Assembly: GCF_036323395.1 (NCBI RefSeq)
Contig: NZ_AP028907.1
Coordinates: 556,218 to 588,217, forward strand
Direction of reading: 5' to 3'
DNA from: Pyrodictium abyssi
GTDB lineage: Archaea > Thermoproteota > Thermoprotei_A > Sulfolobales > Pyrodictiaceae
DNA: 32,000 nucleotides
A model generated the notes under the pieces. It searched no databases. It was given only the letters and a program-made list of their open reading frames with translations, and was not told the origin of the DNA. Of this stretch, positions 1-8,967 are shown one piece after another. Both the position numbers and the translations under genes were made by a program. Within the stretch, counting starts at the first letter, position 1; each line of letters opens with the position of its first letter.

Positions 1-519
1 TATGCCCCGGGTGAAGTACTCGACGTAGACGCTGTCGAGGCTGCTGGTGAAGTATGCGGGGTCGCACTCGTCCAGGAAGACGCCGTCAACCACCCCCACG
101 TAGCGGTCCACGAGGCCCTCGATGTAGGAGAGCCAGTAGAGGTAGCGCTCCTCCAGCGTCCCGGTAGTGTTCTCCGCCACCATCTCGCGGAAGCTAGAGC
201 CGAGCCCCACCGGCCGGTCGCCGGGCATGTGGAGGTACGCGTAGACCTCGACGCCCCTGCTGCGCAGCAGCTGCACGACATCGTAGTCGCCGCCGCCCGG
301 CAGTATCCGGGAGGTCCCAGCCACCACCAGCACGTCCACGTCTATGTCCGGCAGGTTGCTGGTACTCAGCCACCCATAGTATATCACCAGCCGCTTAAAC
401 CCGGAGGACCCTGGCGAGTAGACACCCATGTAGGCGCCCGCAGCCGGCGCCCACGCCAGCGCCAGCAGCAGAGCCGCGCAAGCCAGAACCAGGACCATAC
501 GCTTACAGCAGAACACCAT
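1..519 (-). CDS. Secreted or membrane-anchored TIM-barrel glycoside-hydrolase-like protein (GH114/TM1410-like); N-terminal part only, gene runs off the window
   Basis: Absent from the ORF track because it has no stop in the window. Hand translation of the minus strand from ATG 519 (or ATG 498) gives MVFCCKRMVLVLACAALLLALAWAPAAGAYMGVYSPGSSGFKRLVIYYGWLS...VDGVFLDECDPAYFTSS, open to position 1. An in-frame TAG lies directly upstream of ATG 519. The hydrophobic N-terminus looks like a signal peptide. The family call is a weak motif impression (YYGW, DGVFLDE). Confidence 0.6.
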   Translation of the reverse strand, partial: MVFCCKRMVLVLACAALLLALAWAPAAGAYMGVYSPGSSGFKRLVIYYGWLSTSNLPDIDVDVLVVAGTSRILPGGGDYDVVQLLRSRGVEVYAYLHMPGDRPVGLGSSFREMVAENTTGTLEERYLYWLSYIEGLVDRYVGVVDGVFLDECDPAYFTSSLDSVYVEYFTRGI

Positions 520-728
520 CTATCACCCAGAAGTGTAGGCACCCAGCCCAGCCCACAATAAACCCTACTAAATACGAAATACGAAGAACTAGACAAAACA
601 AACAAAGAGGCTACACAACATCCACATGCTCTTTCGTACATCGGTGCATGGAGCTAAAGGGCCACAGCAAGACGGCCCAAGCTCCCTACACCAACTCTGC
701 TCATTCCCGGGCCTCCTATTCATTATTC

Positions 729-1214
729 TCAGCGGCTGGCTAGGTACTTCTCCCGCATAAGCCTCTGGGCAGACCTAGTGCCCCTCGTCACCAGCTCTAC
801 GAGCTCCTCAGTATCCACTGCAAGGTAGTGGCCACTCTCCAGCCTATTCACGATAAGCGCTTTATCATTAGTCCATATCACGGCTCCGGGCTCTATAGCT
901 AGGGCTATGAACGGCCAATCATCCGGGTCAAACCTCGAAGCAACAAACCTGGCCTTCTCGATACATACAGCGCATCCTATTCTGTGAAGCTTCACTCGGG
1001 CTGCGAGCACCTCCTCCACTATTGCGAGGAACTGCATGGAATCAATCCCAGCCCTAGAGGCCAGCTCCCTGGCATGCTCCCTTACCTCGTCAAGAAGGTA
1101 CTCTGACGCATAGAACTCAACACCCTCCAATAGGTAGAGGAGCCTACGTACACGCCCCGGGCGTAACGCAGCAGCAAACACCTTGTTCGCGTCAATTACC
1201 ACGGCTAAGCTCAC
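729..1214 (-). CDS. PIN-domain toxin (PIN_3/TIGR00305-like)
   Basis: 161 aa with a GTG start. N-terminal AVVIDANKVFAAAL and C-terminal DPDDWPFIALAI...IWTNDKAL match the acidic PIN_3 motifs. Paralogous to 2146..2685. Overlaps the upstream small antitoxin ORF. Confidence 0.75.
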   Translation of the reverse strand: MSLAVVIDANKVFAAALRPGRVRRLLYLLEGVEFYASEYLLDEVREHARELASRAGIDSMQFLAIVEEVLAARVKLHRIGCAVCIEKARFVASRFDPDDWPFIALAIEPGAVIWTNDKALIVNRLESGHYLAVDTEELVELVTRGTRSAQRLMREKYLASR

Positions 1215-1489
1215 GATCCAGTCTCCTCGCGAGAGCCCTCTTCACAACCCTATCCATCTCCATAATCGTATCCTCGTCAACCATAACGCCCTCGGAGATG
1301 ATGTCAAGAACCGCTAGCCTCTCCAGCCTCTCCCGTAGCAGCTCTGCAACAGCTCTCTCAAAGCTTAGCCCGCACAGCCGGATCATACTCTAAGAGGAGC
1401 CTGATATGCCTCGGGACCCGGATAGTAACCTCCTCACTAGCCTCCAGCAGCACCACCCCGCTAACATACCCTAGGGCAAGCTGCAGCAT
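1192..1489 (-). pseudogene. Cognate antitoxin of the first PIN_3 toxin, split by one frameshift (1358..1489 plus 1192..1386)
   Basis: An unlisted 43-aa ORF (ATG 1489, TGA 1358) reads MLQLALGYVSGVVLLEASEEVTIRVPRHIRLLLEYDPAVRAKL. Its VTIRVPRHIRLLLE aligns with VTVSVPLPRSVVEI of the intact paralogue at 2655..2888. The listed 64-aa ORF 1192..1386 aligns with the C-terminal half of that paralogue (LAVLDIISEGVMVDEDTIMEM versus LLLLEIIAMESKLSMEEAIEL). The two halves are in different frames and overlap at 1358-1386. Confidence 0.6.
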
Positions 1490-1588
1490 AAAGTCATTCT
1501 ATACGCAGAGATGCGGATAGCCTAGGTATTATCGGAGTGTGCGAGACGCTAAATATAGCGGGGATGCCTCGAATAGGTTTACTCGGAG

Positions 1589-1990
1589 TTGTTCATGCCA
1601 CGTAGCCTAAGCCTCGCTGCGGCTGTAGCATTGAGTGTAAAACGCTTCATGATCCGGCTAGCGCTCGTGCTAAGCATAGCGGGGGTCACGGCCTGGGGCT
1701 CTATCGCTGATGCATGGTGGGAGATAACGCGCTCGATAGGGCTCATAGCACTCATATCAGTGTGGGCGGATCTCTTCATCCGGGTTCGCCCTTGGGACCA
1801 TGAGCGTTACATGGACCCCGAGGACTACGGGTTCACACTCATACTATCCCTACTAGGGCTAGCAGCCTATCTAGAAGCCAGTCCAGATGCATACAACACT
1901 ATGGAAGTACTTAGAACGTTCACCTTCGTATCCCTCGTAAACCTAGGAATTATAGCCCTAACAGAGAGGCAGTCATCGGACCACCAGTAG
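1589..1990 (+). CDS. Hypothetical integral membrane protein
   Basis: 133 aa with about 4 hydrophobic segments. Start is TTG 1589 or ATG 1595. No recognisable family. Confidence 0.5.
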   Translation: MFMPRSLSLAAAVALSVKRFMIRLALVLSIAGVTAWGSIADAWWEITRSIGLIALISVWADLFIRVRPWDHERYMDPEDYGFTLILSLLGLAAYLEASPDAYNTMEVLRTFTFVSLVNLGIIALTERQSSDHQ

Positions 1991-2145
1991 TATCTTACCA
2001 GTTCCCTCAGCTCCTGCTACCTACACTCGCTATGAGGCGCACCACTACACCGTGAATTCCGGCTCTATATAGCTTTATGATTGGTTTACATGTGCCAGGG
2101 AGCAGAGCTAGAAATGGTAGAGGCGGTGTACCTGGTCCTTCTCGG

Positions 2146-2685
2146 CTATATGGCCGTTATTGTCCTAGCGTCTATAAATGTATGCTGGTGGCAGGCAGTA
2201 TGTGGGCTTAGGTTTTTTAGGTACTTGTGGCAGAACTCGGGAGGAGTCAGCACCGTGATGCCGTGTACTGCTAGGCGGTTGGCATTGTAGTCTCTCTTGT
2301 TCCATGTCACTATGACTACCTCTCGGTAGCCGAGCCGCCGTCTAAGGTGTAGAGCCAGGGCCACGTAGATGGCGTCGCCTGGGTTCTGTACAAGTTCTTC
2401 GGCGTCGCTACTGTGTACGGCTAGGTCGTGTGCGTCAACCTCGCGTAACGGGCTTAGAACCTCCTCAAGTGCAGCAGTTACGTCCTCTACTGGTAGGCTG
2501 GCTCTCTGCGCTATGACGCTGACATAGCGGAGTACCTCATCCCGGAGGACGCTAGGGTAGTAAGACGGGTAGAGGCTAGGCGTGACCGTTAATACGAGGC
2601 GGTTGAAGCCTGCAGGCCTCACTAGGGCAGCGAACACGACATTGGCGTCAAAGACTACTGCTGTGTCTCTTTTATCCTTTCCCAA
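2146..2685 (-). CDS. PIN-domain toxin (PIN_3-like), paralogue of 729..1214
   Basis: 179 aa with a TTG start. Contains AVVFDANVVFAALV, DAIYVALAL and VIVTWNKRDY motifs. Overlaps the upstream antitoxin by 31 nt. Confidence 0.75.
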   Translation of the reverse strand: MGKDKRDTAVVFDANVVFAALVRPAGFNRLVLTVTPSLYPSYYPSVLRDEVLRYVSVIAQRASLPVEDVTAALEEVLSPLREVDAHDLAVHSSDAEELVQNPGDAIYVALALHLRRRLGYREVVIVTWNKRDYNANRLAVHGITVLTPPEFCHKYLKNLSPHTACHQHTFIDARTITAI

Positions 2686-2888
2686 GCCCTTCTGGACACC
2701 TCTTCTGCTAGCTCGATGGCTTCCTCCATGGACAGCTTTGACTCCATTGCTATTATCTCTAGGAGGAGGAGCCGCCTGGCGGCCTCGGCGAGCTTCTCTG
2801 GCTCTACGCCTCGGCGCCTAGCGATCTCGACGACACTACGGGGCAGCGGCACGCTAACGGTTACAACGTGTTGTCCTCTTCTAGTCAA
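2655..2888 (-). CDS. Antitoxin partner of the PIN_3 toxin (intact copy)
   Basis: 77 aa, directly upstream of and overlapping the PIN gene. An N-terminal beta-strand-like VTVSVPLPRSVVEIARRRG is followed by helices. Confidence 0.6.
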   Translation of the reverse strand: MTRRGQHVVTVSVPLPRSVVEIARRRGVEPEKLAEAARRLLLLEIIAMESKLSMEEAIELAEEVSRRAWERIKETQQ

Positions 2889-3026
2889 AGTGAGCCACCC
2901 CTATACGGGCTAGAGGACGGCTCCCTAAATTAGCGTGGGCCTCTGGCTTATACCGGGCTTCTCGGGAGGGCTTGAGGTTATTCAGAGGCCCTTCGGCTTC
3001 CCCTGTGGCGGGGGCTGTCCCGGGCC

Positions 3027-4028
3027 TTGGCTGGTGGTAGGCTGTGTATCGAAGAGAGCCTTGTCACGCTGCTTCAGCCGATCTACCCCCGGCATACTAA
3101 CCGGTATGGTACGCTGCATGGTGGGTGGCTTGCTGGCTGGATGCTTGAGGCCGGCGGCATGGCGTCTATGAGGGCTTCGCGGGGCTACACGGTGCTCGGG
3201 GCTATGGACTACCTGTTCATCCTTAGCCCGGGCAGGGTGGGCGAGAACCTCCACGTCTACGCCTGGGTCGTGGGCTCTACCCGGCGTACACTGGATGTGC
3301 TCGTCTACGCGGAGGCGCGGCCCCTGGGCGGGGGCGAGGCGCGGCCGGTGAGCGTGAGCCTCCAGACCTACGTCGCTGTAGACGAGGGCGTGAGGCCGCG
3401 CGAGCACGGGGTGGAGGTCCAGCCGTGTAGCCTCGAGTCGGAGCCGCTAGTGGAGGTCCACCGGTACTGGCTCGAGGCGCGGAGGCCGCTGCTGGAGCAG
3501 AGGAGGCGGATAGCCGGGTCCACGGCGCCGCTCGACGCCGTGTACCGGAGGACTAGCTACTTCTTCGTCTCGCCGGAGGACACTTTCACGATACCCACGG
3601 TGATGGATGCCTCCCGGCTCTTCTACCAGATAGACCAGATGGCGGCTGTCCCGGCCATAGAGTTTACGGGCGCGGCTATGGTGACGGCTGGCTTCGACGC
3701 GGTGGTGTTCGCCTCGCCGGCCAGGGTCGGGGACCTGGTGAAGCTCGAGGCGGGGATAACCGGGGCGGGGAGGAGCAGCGTAGAGGTAGCGGTCCGTGTG
3801 GCTGCGCGCAACCCCCAGGCCGAGGACGTGGAGCGCACCGTGGCGCTGCTCTACGCGACAATGGTCGCGGTCGACGAGGAGGGCAGGCCCCGGCCGCTCC
3901 CACGCCGCCCGGTGCTCAGCGAGGAGAGGCTACGCGGGTACCTGGAGAGGCGCCGGCTCCGCGATGAGAGGCGCCGCGTAGCCCAGAGGATAGTGGAGCA
4001 CGCTAGGCTGCTCGCCAGCGGGCGCTGA
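3027..4028 (+). CDS. Acyl-CoA thioesterase/hydrolase, double hot-dog fold
   Basis: 333 aa. PRHTNRYGTLHGGWLAGWMLEAGGMA is the classic 4HBT/Acot motif, and a second hot-dog repeat covers about aa 190-290. The TTG start is uncertain. The stop lies 3 nt before the panE ATG. Confidence 0.8.
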   Translation: MAGGRLCIEESLVTLLQPIYPRHTNRYGTLHGGWLAGWMLEAGGMASMRASRGYTVLGAMDYLFILSPGRVGENLHVYAWVVGSTRRTLDVLVYAEARPLGGGEARPVSVSLQTYVAVDEGVRPREHGVEVQPCSLESEPLVEVHRYWLEARRPLLEQRRRIAGSTAPLDAVYRRTSYFFVSPEDTFTIPTVMDASRLFYQIDQMAAVPAIEFTGAAMVTAGFDAVVFASPARVGDLVKLEAGITGAGRSSVEVAVRVAARNPQAEDVERTVALLYATMVAVDEEGRPRPLPRRPVLSEERLRGYLERRRLRDERRRVAQRIVEHARLLASGR

Positions 4029-4031
4029 GCC

Positions 4032-4979
4032 ATGGCGCTCCAGGCGGTTGTTGTCGGGGGCTGTGGCGCGGTCGGCAGCGTCGCGGCGGCCGCGCTAGCG
4101 CTGGCCGGCGCAGACGCGGCTGTCGTGTCGAGGCGAGCCCGGGGCTGCCGCGCCGAGAGACTCGTAGCCGAGGGCCTGGGCGAGGCTGTTGTCCGGCTCT
4201 GCGGCTGGGACGCGGCACCAGCACTGAAGCCCGACGTGGTGGTCTACGCGACCAAGGCCTACGACCTAGAGGCCGCGGTACAGGCCTCGCTCGACGCCGG
4301 CTGGAGCCCCTCGCTGGCCGTCTCCATGCAGAACGGGCTGGGGAGCCTCGAGCTCCTAGAACAGGCCTACGGCCCGTCGAGGGCCGCGGCGGCGCTCGCG
4401 TTCTACGGGGCCCACAAGCTCCCCGGGGGCTGCGGGAGCCGCCTCGCCGGCCGGAGCCGCCGCGTGGTGGTCGGCTGCCGCCGGGCCCAGGGCGGGTGCA
4501 GTGCCCGGGCGCGGCTGCTGGCCGAGCTGCTCGCTGCTGGGGGCCTCGACGCCGAGCACGTGGCGGACGTGGAGCCGTACCGCTGGGCTAAGCTCGCGGT
4601 CAACGCGGCGGTCAACCCGGTGACGGTGCTCGCCTGGAGCCGGAACCGGGTGGTCGTGGAGAACCCGTGGGCCCGGGAGCTTGCCTCCATGCTCGCGGCC
4701 GAGGTGGGCCGGGTAGCCGGGACCGCGGGGGTGGAGCTGCCGGGTGACCCCGTCGAGGAGGCTCTCCGGGTGGCGGAGGCTACGGGGGACAACTGCTCCT
4801 CCATGCTCCAGGACCTGGCCGCGGGGAGGCGGACCGAGATAGACTATATCAACGGCGCTGTCTGGAGAACCGGCGAGAGGCACGGGGCTCCGGCCCCCGT
4901 GAACAGAGCCGTGTACAATGCCGTGAGGCTGCTAGAGCCATGGCTGGCCGGGAGAAGGTCACCGTGCGGCACGTACTGA
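4032..4979 (+). CDS. panE: 2-dehydropantoate 2-reductase (ketopantoate reductase)
   Basis: 315 aa. Has an N-terminal GxGxxG (VVGGCGAVGS) plus QNGLGS, RWAKLAVNAAVNPVT and SSMLQDLAAGRRTEIDYINGAV motifs typical of ApbA/PanE. Confidence 0.85.
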   Translation: MALQAVVVGGCGAVGSVAAAALALAGADAAVVSRRARGCRAERLVAEGLGEAVVRLCGWDAAPALKPDVVVYATKAYDLEAAVQASLDAGWSPSLAVSMQNGLGSLELLEQAYGPSRAAAALAFYGAHKLPGGCGSRLAGRSRRVVVGCRRAQGGCSARARLLAELLAAGGLDAEHVADVEPYRWAKLAVNAAVNPVTVLAWSRNRVVVENPWARELASMLAAEVGRVAGTAGVELPGDPVEEALRVAEATGDNCSSMLQDLAAGRRTEIDYINGAVWRTGERHGAPAPVNRAVYNAVRLLEPWLAGRRSPCGTY

Positions 4980-5818
4980 AGGCCAAGAAGCGCGGCGAGA
5001 AGCTCGTAATGGTGACGGCCTACGACACGCCAACCGCCCGGCTCGCCGACGAGGCCGGCGTCGACATGATCCTCGTCGGCGACTCGCTGGGCATGGTGGT
5101 GCTCGGGCTCCCCTCCACCCTCCAGGTCACCATGGAGGACATGGTCCGCCACACGGCCGCGGTGGCCCGGGCCCAGCCCCGAGCAATGATAGTCGGCGAC
5201 ATGCCGTTCATGAGCTACGAGGCCTCGGTCTCCGAGGCCGTGAGGAACGCCGGAAAGCTACTCGCAGCGGGCGCAGACGCGGTGAAGATAGAGGGCGGCA
5301 GCCTCTACACCGACGTGATAAAGGCGATGCGCCGCGCCGGGATCCCCGTGATGGCACACGTCGGCCTCACGCCGCAGAAGCACAAGCTCCTCGGAGGCTA
5401 CCGCCTAGTAGGCAAGACCGCGGAGGAGGCTCTAGAGGTCATACGCGACGCCGAGGAGGCAGCCGAGGCAGGCGCCTTCGCGGTGGTAGTCGAGTTCACA
5501 GCCTGGGAGGTGGCCAGGGAGATAACCCGGAGAATACCAGTACCCACCATCTGTATCGGCAGCGGCCCCTACTGCGACGGCCAGGTACTCGTCATCCACG
5601 ACCTCCTAGGCCTAACCCCCAGCCCACCGCCCTTCGCCAAGCGCTACGCCGACCTAGCATCAATCATCCGCAGCGCAGTCGAGGCCTACGCACGCGAGGT
5701 ACGGAGCGGCCAGTTCCCCTCCAGCGAGATGTACTGGGGCATGAAGAGCGGCGAGTACCAGCGCCTCCAGAAGCTACTAGGAAGCAGCGAGGACACCAAG
5801 GAGAGCCAGGACGGGTAA
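4940..5818 (+). CDS. panB: 3-methyl-2-oxobutanoate hydroxymethyltransferase
   Basis: 292 aa. LVMVTAYDTPTARLADEAGVDMILVGDSLGMVVLG and DAVKIEGG are PanB hallmarks. Overlaps the panE tail by 40 nt. Confidence 0.9.
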   Translation: MAGREKVTVRHVLKAKKRGEKLVMVTAYDTPTARLADEAGVDMILVGDSLGMVVLGLPSTLQVTMEDMVRHTAAVARAQPRAMIVGDMPFMSYEASVSEAVRNAGKLLAAGADAVKIEGGSLYTDVIKAMRRAGIPVMAHVGLTPQKHKLLGGYRLVGKTAEEALEVIRDAEEAAEAGAFAVVVEFTAWEVAREITRRIPVPTICIGSGPYCDGQVLVIHDLLGLTPSPPPFAKRYADLASIIRSAVEAYAREVRSGQFPSSEMYWGMKSGEYQRLQKLLGSSEDTKESQDG

Positions 5819-5931
5819 GCATAGGCCCCCGGGGTCGGCTTCGCTCCCCCTCCACACGGCCCGGGGGCTCGGCGAAGCCAAGCACAATCCTCATCCCCCA
5901 GGGGCCCTGAGCAGCACCCTGTCAAGCCCAC

Positions 5932-6495
5932 GTGCCGGTCCACACCACCGCCGCCCGGCTGCACTATCAGCATGCTTTCTGCGCGCTCCGAGACGCCACG
6001 TGCTGCCCAGAGCCCCCGGAGGTGGTCCAGGCCATCAGCGACCTAGCCATGGCTATAGACGTTAGCGTGGGCAGCGCCAGGGCTATAGCCGTGGTCGCAG
6101 CCCGCGAGCACATCCTGAAGTCCAGGAGCTTCCAGAGAGCAACCACATGGGTTAAGCACTTCCGCGAACTAGGCTCAGACCGGAAGAGGACATACCTCGC
6201 AGCATTCCCCCGGAGATTCGAGAAAACCAAGACGCTCCTAGAACTCGCAAGAGTCTGCCTCAGCACGCGCTGCGCCCAAGACCTCGTAGACCGCTACAAC
6301 CCGGTAGTAGTACTGGTAGACGACAAGCTCTACAACGCCATCAGCCACAGGAGGAAGATCGCCGAGAGCAGGGTAAGAGAGGCACACCGGAGAATACTCA
6401 TAGGCCTAGCTGACAGCCTAGCAAACTACGCCAGGGTGCTCCTAGAGAAGCAGCCGAGAAGGCTCAGAGGAGAGCTGCTGAGACTCGAGAAGTAG
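5932..6495 (+). CDS. Hypothetical protein
   Basis: 187-aa ORF with genome-typical codon usage. Possible internal start at MAIDVS. Acidic positions (AIDVS, VLVDDK, GLADSLANYAR) are noted but no family was recognised. Confidence 0.45.
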   Translation: MPVHTTAARLHYQHAFCALRDATCCPEPPEVVQAISDLAMAIDVSVGSARAIAVVAAREHILKSRSFQRATTWVKHFRELGSDRKRTYLAAFPRRFEKTKTLLELARVCLSTRCAQDLVDRYNPVVVLVDDKLYNAISHRRKIAESRVREAHRRILIGLADSLANYARVLLEKQPRRLRGELLRLEK

Positions 6496-6649
6496 GAAAG
6501 CAGGGACGCGCCGCCGCGTCACGGCAAAGCCCCGGGGTCATCCCCCAGCCGGTATCCCGGGGGGCCACTCCGCGGCGGACCCCGGCCCCGATAAGTGGGG
6601 AACGCTATGGCTCTAATTAAGCCTCACCCGCCAAGCCGAGAAGCAGTGA

Positions 6650-6919
6650 TTGAAGGAGGCGGTTCACGACAATCCCCCCGGGGCCCCTTCACCCCAGGGC
6701 TCTACATCCCCATGGAGTCCGGGGCTCGTGCTGGTGGCCGCGTCTGTCCTCGCGCTGTTCCTGGCTGCGGTACCGCTCGCCGCCTATGCGCAGGCTGCCC
6801 GGCTACTCGGGCTACTCGAGCAGCTGCGCCGCGGCCTAGAGGACGGCTCCATACGCCTGGAGGAGGTCTGCGGCCGCCCTCTACCAGGCCTCGGTGGCCC
6901 AGGGGACGGGTATCTGTAG
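6650..6919 (+). CDS. Hypothetical small protein with one TM or signal segment
   Basis: 89 aa with a hydrophobic stretch GLVLVAASVLALFLAAVPLAAYA. Start uncertain. Confidence 0.3.
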   Translation: MKEAVHDNPPGAPSPQGSTSPWSPGLVLVAASVLALFLAAVPLAAYAQAARLLGLLEQLRRGLEDGSIRLEEVCGRPLPGLGGPGDGYL

Positions 6920-7066
6920 GCTCTTGGCGCCTCTGACTGTACATGGTCTAGGCTATGGTGCTCCGGTGTTCTTCTGCCTCTCCGCCGTGCGGTCTGTGCG
7001 TAGCCGCTTGAAGCCCAGCCCTACCTCGACGCGTGCATAGTAAATAACGAGGAGTACCCAGTCCGC

Positions 7067-7354
7067 GTGCACGTTGAGGATGCTAGAATCCTGCGTGGCT
7101 CGGATCTGGTAGCCGCGACGGGGATGGGCACCTCGTCCATAACCTTCAACATGCCGGCGAGGGTCCTCCAGCCCGGCGAGAAGCTATGCGGAGTGATAGC
7201 CTTCGGGCTCTGGGATAGCGGCTACATAGAAGGGACGAGTATCAAGCCAGGCACGTACACTGTCGAGGCCGATATACTGGTCGAGGTGATTGCAGAGGAC
7301 GGCTACAAGGCGTCCTTCCAGGGGACGGTTAGGGCGAGGTACACTAAAAGATAG
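7067..7354 (+). CDS. Hypothetical beta-rich protein
   Basis: 95 aa with a GTG start. Same reading frame as 6650..6919. Coding-like sequence extends upstream to 7004 without an earlier canonical start. Confidence 0.35.
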   Translation: MHVEDARILRGSDLVAATGMGTSSITFNMPARVLQPGEKLCGVIAFGLWDSGYIEGTSIKPGTYTVEADILVEVIAEDGYKASFQGTVRARYTKR

Positions 7355-7378
7355 AGGCGCCCTGGGGTACGCACCCCT

Positions 7379-8125
7379 TCAGCCCATTCGCTGCATGTAC
7401 CGTATCCCGTGCGGGTCGTGCTCCTCTATGACCATCTTCTCCTCGGGTGTCAGCGGCTCCATCTCCTCTACGCTGCGGGGGACTCGTATCTCCATCGCGG
7501 CGTTCTCTAGGACCTCCTCCACGGTGACGCCTGGGAGCAGCATCCGGAGCACTGGGCCGTCGCGGGTGTACTCTATGAGCGCCTTGTTCGTGCATAGTAG
7601 GTGCCGGTAGCCCTTCTCTACCCTAGGCCTGCCGGGCCCGGTTACGAAGTCGACGCGCTTAACGAGGACCCGTGGCTCGTGGCGTGCCCAGACTATTATC
7701 TTAGGTACCAAGGGGAACAGGTATGCGGTAGCCGCGCCGCCGGGGAGCTTGACCCGTGGCCGATCGTAGCCTCCTATGGCTGTTAGGTTTGTGTTGCCCT
7801 CCTCGTCCACCTGGGCTGCGCCGAAGAACATGGTTGTGAGCTTGCCCTTGGCTGCTAGGTCGAAGGCGTCTATGGTGGTTAGTATCCCGACCGGGTCTGG
7901 CTCCGTGTAGGGGTCGCCGGTGCTGGGCGCTAGCCGGACCCTCTCGACCCGGGGCTCTAGGTGCTCGATGACGCTTGTCCAGGTGAAGTCTACCCCGTAC
8001 ACGCGGCGCGCGAGCACCATGGCTAGCACGGGTAGCGGGCTGGTGAGCCCGTGGTAGACCACGTCTCCCTGCTCTATGAGCCTGGCCATACACTTTATCA
8101 TGTGGTCTGTGGGCCTCCCTGTCAC
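7379..8125 (-). CDS. CoA-transferase family I, subunit B (glutaconate/3-oxoacid CoA-transferase beta-like)
   Basis: 248 aa with typical beta-subunit layout (IKCMARLIEQGDVVYHGL..., FFGAAQVDEEGNTNL). Shares a 4-nt overlap with subunit A. Confidence 0.8.
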   Translation of the reverse strand: MTGRPTDHMIKCMARLIEQGDVVYHGLTSPLPVLAMVLARRVYGVDFTWTSVIEHLEPRVERVRLAPSTGDPYTEPDPVGILTTIDAFDLAAKGKLTTMFFGAAQVDEEGNTNLTAIGGYDRPRVKLPGGAATAYLFPLVPKIIVWARHEPRVLVKRVDFVTGPGRPRVEKGYRHLLCTNKALIEYTRDGPVLRMLLPGVTVEEVLENAAMEIRVPRSVEEMEPLTPEEKMVIEEHDPHGIRYMQRMG

Positions 8126-8967
8126 CCCGAGCCACCCATGAGGCGCTTTAGGTTGGTCTTAACCCACTCCACGGCACGGCCGCTGCGGGCAGCCTCGACG
8201 TAGCCCCGGATGGCGTCGTAGTCTGCCTGGTAGAGGCCCGGCATAGCCGTGGGCCATGCGCCCCGGGGCGCGTGGACCACAGCCTCTACGTGGATGCTCG
8301 TGGCTGAGAGCTGGTGCATGAAGCCCCGTAGCTCCTCCGTGTCCACTATCCTCTCCGCCGATATTATGACGCGGCGCGCAGCGCGTATCTTCAGCTCGTC
8401 CTCAAACCGGGGGCCCTCTATCACGGCGTTGCCGTAAGGGTCGCTAGCGTGCACGTGTATGAGCGCGTAGTCGGGCTCTATAGCCCGGACTGCTACCAGC
8501 TCCTCGCCGGTCCAGGGGTCCCTTATCCGCCTCCATGTGCCCCAGCGCTCCTCGTGGAGCCTCAGGAGGTCGCTGCCGAGCAGCCCGCGGGCAGGCATGA
8601 ACGGGACCCCCTGGGCCCCGGCGCGTAGACCAGCTATGACCGCGCCGCAGACGTCCTCGATGTACTCTATCTCCCCGCTCTCGGCTAGCCGGCGCACCGT
8701 AGGCGCGAGCCCGTAGAGCTCAAAGCTAGCCATAGCGGCTCTTACGCAGCGCAGGAGACCAGCCGCGGCCATCACGTCCAGCGCGAAGCCGGGCTCGCGG
8801 TCTACGACGCATAGGTCCCGGACGCCGCGCCTAACGAGCCCCGCTACGAGCGCCACCGGGTTACGGATGAAGGTCATCCCGCTGATCGTCACAGTGGAGC
8901 CGGGCTCTACGAGCTCAGCGGCGTAGTCGAGGTCCACCAGCCTGGGGCTGGGCACCCGCCGTGTCAC
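8122..8967 (-). CDS. CoA-transferase family I, subunit A
   Basis: 281 aa. EPGSTVTISGMTFIRNPVALVAGLVRRGVRDLCVV is typical of the alpha subunit. Shares a 4-nt overlap with acs upstream. Confidence 0.8.
   Translation of the reverse strand: MTRRVPSPRLVDLDYAAELVEPGSTVTISGMTFIRNPVALVAGLVRRGVRDLCVVDREPGFALDVMAAAGLLRCVRAAMASFELYGLAPTVRRLAESGEIEYIEDVCGAVIAGLRAGAQGVPFMPARGLLGSDLLRLHEERWGTWRRIRDPWTGEELVAVRAIEPDYALIHVHASDPYGNAVIEGPRFEDELKIRAARRVIISAERIVDTEELRGFMHQLSATSIHVEAVVHAPRGAWPTAMPGLYQADYDAIRGYVEAARSGRAVEWVKTNLKRLMGGSG

Noticed and set aside
229-641. Track ORFs 229..561 (+) and 384..641 (-)
   Set aside because: Both overlap the better-supported minus-strand gene that runs off the window start (signal peptide plus globular sequence). 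Their products are low-complexity.
5819-5931. GC-rich inverted repeat (cggcttcgc ... gcgaagcc) after panB as a structured RNA gene or tRNA
   Set aside because: It forms only a short 8-9 bp stem with a long loop, with no tRNA cloverleaf or C/D-box motifs. It is at most a terminator-like hairpin.
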